A stretch of 64,000 nt of DNA from the NCBI GenBank assembly GCA_963850305.1, contig CAWKKR010000003.1, positions 1-64,000 of the forward strand. The letters run 5' to 3'. The notes beneath the pieces are model-generated. The model was given only the letters and a program-made list of their open reading frames with translations. It did no database searches and was not told the DNA's origin. Of the stretch, positions 1 through 8,965 are shown in pieces. A program made the position numbers and the translations under genes. Each line of letters begins with the position of its first letter. Within the stretch, counting starts at the first letter, position 1. Origin of the DNA: an uncultured delta proteobacterium. Its GTDB lineage: Bacteria > Myxococcota_A > Polyangia > Polyangiales > Polyangiaceae.

Positions 1-150
1 CCCGAGGTCAGCGGGACCGAAGACCGCGTCTCCTGGCAGAAAGTCGACGAGGATTGGATGGCTGATGGATGTGCGCGAAGTGGACACTGCTGAACCCTCT
101 CAACACTATGCGTCCGCGCGACCGCGGGCGCGAGGGGGCTTCGATCTTGG

Positions 151-169
151 TGTGACCTTATGTGTCACA
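151..169. promoter_or_regulatory. Palindromic operator TGTGAC-N7-GTCACA (candidate WYL-regulator site)
   Basis: Perfect 6-bp arms with a 7-nt spacer, same arms as the site abutting the WYL gene start (4091-4111); target gene not evident. Confidence 0.6.
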
Positions 170-187
170 TCGAGGACGGAATGAGCT

Positions 188-649
188 TCAGGGGATGGCG
201 ACCATGAACAGGTCCTCCCCCTTCCTCTCCAGGCGCCTCAGCCATCGGAGCACCTGTGTCGAGCGGGGTGGCATGCGGGTGACCGTCATCAGAACCGGAT
301 GACCCGTGTCGTAGAGCTTGCGCGCGATGCGAAGGACCCCTCGAAAACTGTTCGGTCGGTTACCGAGATCTTCCATGTGCTCCACGATCAGCGCGCCGCC
401 CGCTGCAACGCAGCGCTGCGGAAGCCCGCGCATCGTTTCGCGAATGATCGCATCGATGTGAAGGTCGATCAATGCCTCGGGCCGTCCACACGCGAGGCGC
501 GAATTCCTGACCGCTCCGTCATGCGCTGCGCCGCTTCCACGACAAGGCGGGTCTTGCCGCCGCGGGACGGGCCGTGAAGGACGACGAATCCGCCGCTCGG
601 TGCCCGCCGCCCAGGCGTGGCAGACCGTCGTTGCAGAGGCTCGCGACAT
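188..649 (-). CDS. Small DnaA/Hda-like AAA+ ATPase (frameshifted near 600 and 480)
   Basis: Joined frames give FVVLHGPSRGGKT (Walker A), then LIVEHMEDL (Walker B-like) and ...LYDTGHPVLMT, resembling the DnaA/Hda ATPase domain. Confidence 0.5.
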   Translation of the reverse strand: MSRASATTVCHAWAAGTERRIRRPSRPVPRRQDPPCRGSGAAHDGAVRNSRLACGRPEALIDLHIDAIIRETMRGLPQRCVAAGGALIVEHMEDLGNRPNSFRGVLRIARKLYDTGHPVLMTVTRMPPRSTQVLRWLRRLERKGEDLFMVAIP

Positions 650-658
650 GTCCAGGCC

Positions 659-692
659 AGCCTCATCGCGAGGGCTGACACGACAGGTCACG
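659..692 (-). promoter_or_regulatory. Candidate WYL-activated promoter: GAC-N7-GTC-N12-GAGGCT, 9 nt before ATG 649
   Basis: Minus strand reads CGTGAC CTGTCGT GTC AGCCCTCGCGAT GAGGCT GGCCTGGAC ATG. Confidence 0.55.
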
Positions 693-724
693 CAGAGACG
701 TCGGCGTGCTCGAGCAATTTCAGT

Positions 725-757
725 CGGACCCGCCGTGTCACGGTGCGACGCGATGCT
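725..757 (+). promoter_or_regulatory. Candidate WYL-activated promoter: GAC-N7-GTC-N12-GATGCT, 7 nt before ATG 765
   Basis: CGGAC CCGCCGT GTC ACGGTGCGACGC GATGCT CGAGGCG ATG. Confidence 0.55.
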
Positions 758-764
758 CGAGGCG

Positions 765-1470
765 ATGGAGTACCTGGCGCTATGCTTCTGCACGGGTCGA
801 TGGTTCGCTCATGACGTCAGCGCGTCCGGCGACGAGGCCGTCGACTGGCTGAAGGAGTTCGAAGCACCGCGCGAACAGGAGCTCCAGGAGCTCAGACAAT
901 TCGCCGCATCGTTTCCAGGGGCAGAATCGAATGCTCGGAAGCTCATCGCTCCGGCTGCGCTCGCGCGGTGACCACGCGGAGGTCCACGCCCGCCTCGACG
1001 AACGCGAGCTCGTGCTCTCGAACGCCCACGCGACGCCTCGCGGGCACGAGGAGCACCTCCGACGCGCCACCGTCACCGAAACGTTCGCGCTCGCCGCTCG
1101 ATGGCTCCTCGGTCACGAGCGGCACGGCTGCGCCGATCCGACCGAAGATGCGTTCTGGTACGACCGCGCCCAGGTCGCGGCGTACGTCATGGCCGAGCCT
1201 GATCCGACGAAGGTTGCGACGATGCCCGCGTGGTCGGACGCGTTCTTCGCATGGGTCGAGAGCGACAGAATCTGTCCGCGGCCGGGGCTGCTCGAAGCGC
1301 TGCAGGACTGGTCGGAACGGCACGGAGCGGATGGGGCGACGGGGTTGTTCTTGAAGGAGGGGGCGGCGACGGAGCTGCGGATTGCGGCGGTGGTCGAAGC
1401 TACCCGAGGTGACTCGAGCACTGTTCGGCGCCGCTCCCCTCGCGTATGCTCCCAATCTTTTCGCTCATGA
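765..1470 (+). CDS. Hypothetical protein (frameshift near 960)
   Basis: MEYLALCFCTGRWFAH... continues in the frame of ORF 931-1470 with protein-like composition. Confidence 0.5.
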
Positions 1471-1487
1471 ACAGGGAGAGGTGACAG

Positions 1488-2080
1488 ATGGCTCGGACGA
1501 AGGTGACAGCGAAGCGCGATGACGAGAGAGCGAAGGCCCTGCTCGACAGGGCCTGCCGTAGCTACAAGCGGCAGCTCAGGGCGGTGAACAAGGCAATGCA
1601 GGACCACGGGCGCTGCGGGAGTGGCCGGCCTGTCGGAGCCGACGCTAGTTTGGATGCTCGCGGAGTCGCTGAGGCCGTTGACGAAGGCGGAGGTGAACCT
1701 CGAGACCACCTACGAGGGCGACCGACGGCGAGGCGACCTTGATGTCGATGATCCGCCGAATCTGGATCGAGGCGCGGTGGTGGTGGTACCGAAGGGATAC
1801 CCTCAGAGGGATCCTTGGCGCGCTCCGACCCAAGATCTCGGAGAACGCGGAAAGCCATACGCCCTACGCACTGATTTTCACGGTCGATAGCGTCAAGGAG
1901 AAATCGTGGACGCCCGGAAAGGCTGAAAAGTGGCTCGCGAGCGAAGCGCGCAAGGACGAGTGGACCCTGGATTGCGCGGTCCCCGTCAGGAGCAACTACT
2001 TCGGTGCGACGGACACAGACACCACCGAGAAACACCGCAAGGGTTTGTTCGTGGCGGCCTTCTTTCGCCTGCCCGATCAG
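1488..2080 (+). CDS. Putative PD-(D/E)XK nuclease-fold protein (frameshifts near 1620 and 1745; 3' end uncertain)
   Basis: RBS GGAGAGG before ATG; joined frames give SEPTLVWMLA...ETTYEGDRRRGDL...RIWIEARWWW...YALIFTVD. Confidence 0.4.
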
Positions 2081-3440
2081 TACGGAAAGTCATCCCCCCC
2101 GTACAGCTCGTCCAAGCTGCGCGCCGCTCCGTACTGCGGTCCCCACCCCAACCCCGACGCGCGAAGCCACGCGCTAACCGAGAGACGCGTCTCGTGCCCG
2201 ACGGGGCGGTTCGCCACTCCGGAGATCTGCTCGATCTTCCACCCCGGCCCGGTCGCTGCGCGCGTGATGGACACCGTGGCGCGCTCGGGCGCGAGCACCC
2301 GGTAGATGTACGTGCTGCCGGCAGCAACGCGCTGCGCGTACGTGGCCACGCAGTGGTGCATGGTCCGCCCCTCGTCGTTCAACGCCTCCGACGTGGTCAG
2401 CGGAACGACCTCGTCACTGCCGGGAACCGGCGGCGGCGGGAAGACGACCGCGTCGGCTCTCGTCTCCACTTCTGCCGATTCAACCGGAGAACGAGCTCGT
2501 CGTGCCATGCACCGAGCTCGGCGAGGCTTCGCACGGCGGAACCAGCGCCGAGGCCGAGGAGCCGCCGCGGCCTCCAGCATGTCCCGGAGCACGTAGGGTG
2601 CCGCCTTGGATGCGCCCGAATCGGGTCCGGTCGCGAGCTCCTCGAGCAGCGAGTGCGACGCGGCTCGCCGCAGCTCGCTGTCGCAGAGGATGCGCAGCAC
2701 CGGCACCGTCAGGACCGGCAGATGCTGAAGCTCCTTCGCCGGCGTGGGATCGCGCAGAGCGCCGCGGAGCCAGAGCAGGCGTTCGATGGTCAGCGCTTCC
2801 GCTCGCAGCTTGGCGAGGATCGACACCGCCGAGCGCGTCGCCGGAAAGCCGAGCCAGCCCGCGATGACGGAGCGACGCGCCCGCACGAGCGAGCGAGCTG
2901 CGCGCAGCGGGCGCTGGACCGCGGGAGCGTGGAACACCCAGTTCGATGCGAGCGCGACCGCGAGACCGCGATTCGTCGAAGCAAGCTCCATCGCGCCCGG
3001 ACAGTGCGCGAGAAGCTGCACCATGTGCCATTGCCGCTCGGGCAGCTCGAGCACGAGCTCGAGAGGACCGAAGCGGGAAACGGCTCGATGAAGGTCCGGG
3101 CGGCACGGTGGCGAACCGTCCATCCCGCGACGAGACGCTGCGCGGGACCGCGGCAGCTCCGCTTCCCGACCGGGTACGAGCAAGCGGCCCTCTCTTCGCT
3201 GCTCGAGTCGGAGAAAGTCTGCGCACCGGCTGCTTCACGAAGCCACCGCTCGCCGCTCGAGCGATGTGACGTGATGCATCTGTACGGGGGCCGGGTTCCC
3301 TGCCACGGCGCGTCGCCGGGCTTCAGCCAGGCCGCGCACTGCGGCCACTGCCGGAGCACCAGCACCGCCTTCGGCCCGAACTGGAGCAGCTTGCCGTTCT
3401 TGAATACCCACCGCAACGCTGCCGTTTGCTCGCCAGCCAC
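2077..3440 (-). CDS. PcfJ-like domain protein (frameshifted near 3090-3200)
   Basis: C-terminal PLTTSEALNDEGRTMHHCVATY...YIYRV...ERATVSI...QISGVAN is typical of PcfJ-like domains; N-terminus from GTG 3440. Confidence 0.7.
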
Positions 3441-3446
3441 AGAGCG

Positions 3447-3481
3447 AGGATGAGCGCGAGGTGGGACGTCAGAGGTCCCAC
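3447..3481 (-). promoter_or_regulatory. Candidate WYL-activated leaderless promoter: GTGGGAC-N7-GTCCCAC with -10 CATCCT
   Basis: Perfect 7-bp palindrome at 3461-3481; 12 nt from GTC to CATCCT; GTG start 6 nt further. Confidence 0.65.
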
Positions 3482-3491
3482 TCGAGAAGCG

Positions 3492-4013
3492 CTACGCCTG
3501 CGCGGCCCAGGCGAGCAGGCGTGCGCTGCCCACGGTGCCGTGCAACGCGATCACGACGGGCTCTCCGACGAGCGTCGCCTTCCCGAGCGCGGCCTCGGCT
3601 TTTTCCACCGTCTCCTCGAGCCCCAGCGGCGTCGCGCGGTCCCTGGCGATTCCGGGTGGACAAGATGTGAGTGCGTACACGAAGGCCACCGCAAAAGCGT
3701 CGCGTTGTCCGCAGATCAGTTCCCGATCATCGCGTACACCCCTCACGCATTCACCGATCCCCTTGCTCCAGAAGACCTTGAACTCGAACCAGAACTCCCG
3801 CCCATCGTTCTTCACGACCAGGTCCCGTCGCTTCTGTTCGATTTCCACGACGAGATCGCCGCTGCTGGCCACGATCAGCCCCTGCGCCGCGGCCGCAACG
3901 ACCGCATACTCGGGTGAAACCCGTGGCAAGACCGTCGCGAGGAGCCCCACGTTCGCTTGCAACCCCGACGTCATCGCCGTCATCCACCAGTCCCCGCTAT
4001 CCCTATCGACCAT
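3492..4013 (-). CDS. Hypothetical protein, PD-(D/E)XK nuclease-like
   Basis: EIEQKRRDLVV...FWFEFKVFW (D...ExK) motif; divergent from the WYL gene. Confidence 0.5.
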   Translation of the reverse strand: MVDRDSGDWWMTAMTSGLQANVGLLATVLPRVSPEYAVVAAAAQGLIVASSGDLVVEIEQKRRDLVVKNDGREFWFEFKVFWSKGIGECVRGVRDDRELICGQRDAFAVAFVYALTSCPPGIARDRATPLGLEETVEKAEAALGKATLVGEPVVIALHGTVGSARLLAWAAQA

Positions 4014-4090
4014 GGAAGACAGTGTACGAGCAGGCCCGCGCTCTCGGAAGCCTCTGGACTCACTTCCCTCACCGTCCGTGCCGGTGCATG

Positions 4091-4111
4091 CTGTGACGTT
4101 AGAGGTCACAG
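4091..4111 (+). promoter_or_regulatory. Operator CTGTGAC-N7-GTCACAG overlapping the RBS of the WYL gene (autoregulation)
   Basis: Perfect 7-bp palindrome ending immediately before ATG 4112 and containing AGAGG. Confidence 0.75.
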
Positions 4112-5162
4112 ATGGCGACGAAGCGCACCCGCACCGACACGACGCGACCGAAGCCAAGGAAGGGTCGAGCCGCCATCGACCGCAACGCGCAGGTCGTCCG
4201 GGTGCTCCAGATCCTGCGCGAGCTCGACCGTCTCGGAGGGGTGGACCTGTACGAGCTCTCCCAGCGCTACGGAACGACGACGCGCACCATCCGGCGCGAC
4301 TTCGCGGCGCTCGAGGAGGCCGGCGTGCCGCTGGTCGAGGAGTCCAGCGAAGGGCGGAAGAAACGATGGCGCGTCGACTACAAGGGCCAGCAGCGCAAGC
4401 TCGCGGAGCTGCTCGATGCGAGCCACTACCTCGCGCTGCGCCTCGCCATGGACCAGGCCGGCGCCACGCGCCGGTCGAGCGCGATGTTCGCGACGCTCGA
4501 AGATCTCTCCGACAAGATCGAGAGCGCACTCGGCGCGAAGGGACGGAAGCACATCGAGGCGATCAATGGGTGCTTCTACTCGTACGAGAAGTTCGCGTAC
4601 CAGAGCTCGCCACCGGACGTGTTCTGGCCGCTGATCAGCGCAATCGCCGAGCGCCAGCTTTGCGTTTTGAAATACCGGGCCCCGCGAGCGGAACCCCAGG
4701 ACGCCAAATTTCGCGCCCTGCCACTGAAGCTCTTCGCGCACGGAGGTGCGATCTACCTCCACGCCTTCGTGCCGAAGCACGAGAACGTCATCGTCCTCAA
4801 TCTCCAGCGCCTCCAGGCACTCGAGGTTCTCGATGAGCGCGCGACACCTCCACCCGACTACAAACCGGAGCAGTGGGAGGCGTCCGCGTTCGGCATCTTC
4901 GTCAGCAAGAACCCCGTCCGCTACAAGCTCCGCTTCGTGAGCGATGCCGCTCCCTATATCCGTGAGCGCATCTGGCACCCGACACAGAAGCTTCGCGAGC
5001 TATCGCGCGGCGCGCTCGAGCTGACGTTCACGTGCAGCGAATCCTACGAGGTCGCCGCGTGGGTGGCGTCGTGGCGGACGGCGGTGGAGGTGATCGAACC
5101 GGAGTCGCTGCGACGGGAGATGGCGGAGTTCGGGAAGTGGAGTCGCCGAGAAGTACGGCTAA
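4112..5162 (+). CDS. wHTH-WYL-WCX transcriptional regulator (DriD/PafBC/YafY-like); likely extra base near 5141, true stop TAA 5160-5162
   Basis: ELSQRYGTTTRTIRRDFAALEEAGVPL HTH; LKYRA...PLKLFAHGGAIYLHAF WYL; ERIWHPTQKL...VEVIEPESLR WCX. Confidence 0.9.
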
Positions 5163-5409
5163 CCAGCCCCCCAGCGTTCCGACGAACGCTTCCCGCTCCG
5201 CATCTGTCTCGAACACGTGCACGAGCACCGCGTCCAATCGGTCATCATCGTCGAGCAGATCCGCAGTACGTGCCCTGGTCGACGATCACCGACGGCTTGC
5301 CGTCGAACAGCGCGAGCATGAGGGCGTACCCCTCGCCCCCGCTGTGCTCGACCACATCCGCTACCCGAGTCTCGATCGCGGACCACGACGCGAATGAAAG
5401 GCGTTTCAT
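5159..5409 (-). CDS. Small acidic hypothetical protein (frameshifted)
   Basis: MKRLSFASWSAIETRVADVVEHSGGEGYALMLALFDGKPSVIVDQG + DLLDDDDRLDAVLVHVFETDAEREAFV; upstream GAC-N7-GTC at 5435-5447. Confidence 0.45.
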
Positions 5410-5833
5410 CGACGTCGACCTGGGGTCTTCGGGAGACTCTCGTAGTCGACGGGAACCACGCCGGTAGTCTAAGCCGACCCGAGACAGGCGTCGCCATTCA
5501 TGAACGGGGCTCCGAGTGCCAAGGTGCGATCCAAGGACAAGTCTGACGCACTTTTCCGCCACGTCAGACGCGCGCCGACCTTTTGCTATTCATTCGAACA
5601 GACGGAGCCTGCGCGAGGAACCGTATCATTCGCGCCGTAAAGCGACGGACTACGGCGTCCCTGACGAGCGTTTCAACCCGGGCCGAACTCGTTTGCTCGC
5701 AAGAACTCCGACCAGACCTGTAGGAATGCTCCGAATTCAAACATTTGCGGCGCAAGAGAATGCCGCGTGCGGCGCAAGCGTCTGACGGTATCCGTTCGGT
5801 AGCCCCGGCGGGGCAGAAGGAGCTGCATCACAA

Positions 5834-7520
5834 ATGTCCGACGTCCTCACCATCGGCGCACGACTCGAAGCCCTCATCGGGAAGGATCAACGAAAGAAGG
5901 CCGTCGCAGCCACCTGGCTCGACGCATGGAATTCTTCCAATCCGCCGAAGCAGTTCTCGAGCGAGACCGTCGCCTCGCAACTCTCTCGCGTCCTCAAGTC
6001 CGATCCGGAGGGAGTTCGATTTCTCTTCGGCGACGACATGCGACGAGCTGCGACGTGGGCAGCGTTCCCCGCGGCGACAGCGGCGCAACGCGCGGCCATC
6101 GAACAATTGGCGCACGATGTGCTCGAGGGGCGCGACTTCCGCGTGATCGTCGATCTGAGTTCAGGTCCCACCGACCCGGCCCATGTACCCGTTCTTCTTG
6201 CTGCCGTGCGGGAGGAGTTGCTTACCGACGGAGCCGCTGGTCCGGCCGTCGTTCTCGTCAGCGCCAAGCAGTACGATTTCGTGCCGCGAAGTTTCGACGA
6301 GATCCGCGCACGGATTCGGGTGCACTGCGTTCAGGACGAGCAAGAACGCAAGAGCTACCTCGATGCCGCTCCGCACGCGCTCATCGTATCCACGAACCCG
6401 ACCGATGCGCCCTACGAGCGCTGGTCCGCCCTCGAGTTCGTGTGGGTCAGGGACTCCAACGCCAGACGCGGCTTCGGAGAGGAGCCGCCAGCGCGACCTA
6501 CCGTCGCGATAGTCCCTGAGGACGCGCTGACGGCATTTGCCCGCGACGACATCCTCGATGGGCTGCCGCTCGTTACGCGGCCCCTGCGCCAACTGGGCGA
6601 GCCCGACGAGAGCTCACTCCCGACGTCCGATGCAGGTGAACTGCGAGCTCTGATGCTTCGCCTCGCGACCGGTGAACCAATCACGCGGTCGAGCTACGAT
6701 GGCTCCACGATAGCCATCGGACGCCGGCTCGCCTGGGCGCAGGCGCTGAACGTCGACGCGAGTGCGACCCAGAAGGAGTGGAGGGAGATGCTGCCGCGTC
6801 GCCTCGAGCCGGCAACCATCGTGCCGATCGAGTGGGAACGGCACCTTCATGCCATGACTCGATTTGGTCTGACGGGCGCGTTCGCGTTCATCGCTGAAGA
6901 CTCGGTGCGCATCGTCAACGCGCCACCTGAGGTTCGGATCGCTTCCCTGGAGATTCGACCACCCGGTTCGTGGATGTCGCCGCCGATCGGGTCGACGTTC
7001 TTCGTGACTTCTTCGCCCAAGCGAACGAGATGACCACGGACGATACTGAGGAGGACCCGTTTCTACTACGGCTGGTGGCTCGCCATGCCCGGGACGAGGA
7101 CGACGAGTACGTTCTGGGGCTTGCTCGTGTCGTCCTGCTCGCATCAGCGGTCCTCGATCCAGACCCGCCAGATCTCGTGGAAACATGGACGGAAACCCGC
7201 AAGGGCATTGCCAACCTGCTGCGGGATCGGCTGCCCGAATCACGGTTGCGGATCGACAGCGGCGGGCGTCGCGTAAAGCTCCACTCATCCGAGTGGGATT
7301 CTCTTTCCGACGCGGTCCTAGTGGCCTCCAGCCCCGAGTGGCTGGCAGAGATCGCACGCTCGACGTTCGCTCCCCCATGCGCCCCGGTATTGGTCGACCG
7401 CGCGCACCCGCACGGCGGGAGTGGCGCGATCGAAGCCGAGCTCACGCCGACGCGCTTCGACGAAGGAGATATTCCTGTCAAAGCGTGCGCCGTCGCGCCA
7501 GATGGCGCGATTCTCCGCGG
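5834..7520 (+). CDS. Large hypothetical protein (frameshift near 6950; no stop before it runs into the antisense tRNA, 3' end truncated or uncertain)
   Basis: ORFs 5834-7033 and 6970-7797 are protein-like; RBS AAGGAG upstream. Confidence 0.55.
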
Positions 7521-7593
7521 CCCTCTCGGCAGGATTCGAACCTGCACGATGCGGCTTCGCACGCCGCCGCTCGATCCATCGAGCCACGAGAGG
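7521..7593 (-). tRNA. tRNA-Arg(GCG), slightly non-canonical, no encoded CCA
   Basis: CCTCTCG/CGAGAGG acceptor, GCTC/GAGC D stem with GG-A20, GCGGC-GTGCGAA-GCCGC anticodon arm, GCAGG-TTCGAAT-CCTGC T arm, G73. Confidence 0.8.
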
Positions 7594-7607
7594 GTGAAGA
7601 GAGATGA

Positions 7608-7619
7608 TTTTCAAGGAAC
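7608..7619 (-). promoter_or_regulatory. boxA-like antitermination element GTTCCTTGAAAA
   Basis: Lies between the two minus-strand tRNAs, just after a GCTC-TTCG-GAGC hairpin. Confidence 0.5.
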
Positions 7620-7641
7620 GAAGCTCCGAAGAGCCACGCGG

Positions 7642-7712
7642 GTCGGGATCCAGGATTCGAACCTGGACAGCGCAAGAACGGCGACGCCGCTCTCACGGGA
7701 CCATCTCCCGAC
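7642..7712 (-). pseudogene. Degenerate tRNA (identity unreadable)
   Basis: Intact T arm CCAGG-TTCGAAT-CCTGG and GTCGGGA/TCCCGAC acceptor pairing; D and anticodon arms eroded. Confidence 0.6.
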
Positions 7713-7809
7713 GATGTGCCTGCTCGACTCACGATTCACCGAGTCGAACGAGGCCGATCTTGTGCTGCATCGTCATGTTCATCTTCCTTTCCATTGAATC
7801 CCGGACCCC

Positions 7810-7853
7810 AGAAACGTCGAAAGCCGCCGAGGTTCAGGACCTGGGCGGCTTTC
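7810..7853 (-). terminator. Attenuator terminator of the leftward tRNA operon
   Basis: GAAAGCCGCCCAGG-loop-CCTCGGCGGCTTTC followed by GACGTTTCT. Confidence 0.7.
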
Positions 7854-7880
7854 ATTCGGCACCATGCCGGAGAAATTCGC

Positions 7881-7973
7881 CTAGGTTACGCCTCCGAAAT
7901 GATCTCGGCGCGACAGGGCCAGCGTCGTCCCTAAACGACACGGCGCGCTGTTCTGAATGACGTCACCCTTCAT
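7881..7973 (-). CDS. Leader peptide MKGDVIQNSAPCRLGTTLALSRRDHFGGVT (30 aa)
   Basis: ATG 33 nt after TTGACC (8007-8012); stop context CCTAGGCG nearly complementary to terminator arm CGCCCAGG. Confidence 0.55.
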   Translation of the reverse strand: MKGDVIQNSAPCRLGTTLALSRRDHFGGVT

Positions 7974-8267
7974 GTTGATGTTCCAGATACTCGTCGCGAA
8001 TGAATCGGTCAACGACTGAGACGCAGACCGATCGCGAGACATTCAAACGTTCGTGATCGCGTTCTCACGCTGACCGCTCTGTGCACGAGTGAGTCGTGAG
8101 CAAAGGATGCGGTCGGAAGTTTTCTCGTGCGTTCGCGCCGACGAACGCGCAGCGCACGCGCATGACGACGTCATGCGCGGCTCTCCCACACTTCGCGATT
8201 CGCATTTTGCAAATTCATCATGCAGACACTTGACGAGTCCGCATGCGTGTGCGATTAAGGCAAGGTC

Positions 8268-8405
8268 ATGTTCACGTTAGTTCTAGCCACATCACCCTGG
8301 GCGCTCGGAAGAGCCCCGAGGCATGCGTGCGCAATGGGCGGCGTGTATTTGTCGGTCTGTCTGAGCAAGCGCGCGTTCGCCGGTACGGAGATCGATATGC
8401 GCTAG
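8268..8405 (+). CDS. Leader peptide MFTLVLATSPWALGRAPRHACAMGGVYLSVCLSKRAFAGTEIDMR (45 aa; alternative start 8334)
   Basis: ATG 32 nt after TTGACG (8230-8235); contains TTA, CTA, ACA, TCA, AGA, AGG codons; TAGGGCGGC at the stop pairs with terminator arm GCCGCCC. Confidence 0.55.
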   Translation: MFTLVLATSPWALGRAPRHACAMGGVYLSVCLSKRAFAGTEIDMR

Positions 8406-8432
8406 GGCGGCAAAACCATAGAGAAATCCATG

Positions 8433-8470
8433 GAAGCCGCCCGGGAAACCGAGCGGCTTTCGGCGTTTCT
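8433..8470 (+). terminator. Attenuator terminator of the rightward tRNA operon
   Basis: GAAGCCGCCCGG-GAAA-CCGAGCGGCTTT followed by CGGCGTTTCT; near copy of the 7810-7853 element. Confidence 0.7.
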
Positions 8471-8554
8471 GGGTCTGGGGTTCGTCCTCGGAAGGCGACC
8501 CGCGCCGTAAACGCGGGGCCGATTGGCTAGGTGGTTCAACTCCACACAGGCCCA
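8471..8554 (+). tRNA. tRNA-Tyr(GTA), degenerate (C33, abnormal D arm)
   Basis: GGGTCTG/CAGGCCC acceptor, CCGCG-CCGTAAA-CGCGG anticodon arm, long variable arm GGCCGATTGGCT, GTGG-TTCAACT-CCAC, A73. Confidence 0.65.
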
Positions 8555-8618
8555 CTACTGGTGTGTGAACGGTGAGGTGTGTCCGTATGAAACAACGGCA
8601 GTGATCTATCCATAGTTC

Positions 8619-8689
8619 GGGTCGGTAGCACAGTGGTGTGCAGCGCCCTTTTAAGGCGAATGGTGCGAGTTCAACTCTCGCCCGGCCCA
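8619..8689 (+). tRNA. tRNA-Lys(TTT)
   Basis: GGGTCGG/CCGGCCC, GCAC/GTGC D stem, loop CTTTTAA, GCGAG-TTCAACT-CTCGC, A73. Confidence 0.85.
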
Positions 8690-8705
8690 CGTGTGTCCAC
8701 GACAC

Positions 8706-8776
8706 GGTTTCGTAGCTCAGTGGTGGAGCAGCCGCCTCTTAAGCGGACGGATCGAGTTCGACTCTCGACGAAACCA
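8706..8776 (+). tRNA. tRNA-Lys(CTT)
   Basis: GGTTTCG/CGAAACC, GCTC/GAGC, loop CTCTTAA, TCGAG-TTCGACT-CTCGA, A73. Confidence 0.85.
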
Positions 8777-8819
8777 CTCGGGGCGAAGGCCCCGGTGCGC
8801 GCGCAGCTCTGCGCGCTCG

Positions 8820-8831
8820 GTTCTTTGACAA
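8820..8831 (+). promoter_or_regulatory. boxA-like element GTTCTTTGACAA
   Basis: Between tRNA-Lys(CTT) and tRNA-Asn, after GC hairpins at about 8779-8816. Confidence 0.55.
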
Positions 8832-8893
8832 TTCGAAAGGACGTGCCGACGACGCGCATCGCGCGCGACGTGGCTGGGCTCTCCTCGATCCAT

Positions 8894-8965
8894 TGCCAGG
8901 TGGCGAAGCGGAAACGCAGGCGGCTGTTAACCGCCCTACCGCAGGTTCGAATCCTGCCCTGGTAG
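8894..8965 (+). tRNA. tRNA-Asn(GTT)
   Basis: TGCCAGG/CCTGGTA, GGCGG-CTGTTAA-CCGCC, GCAGG-TTCGAAT-CCTGC, G73. Confidence 0.9.

Noticed and set aside
7521..7797. C-terminal part of ORF 6970-7797 as protein
   Set aside because: It is the antisense reading of tRNA genes (GRIRTC, GIQDSNL patterns)
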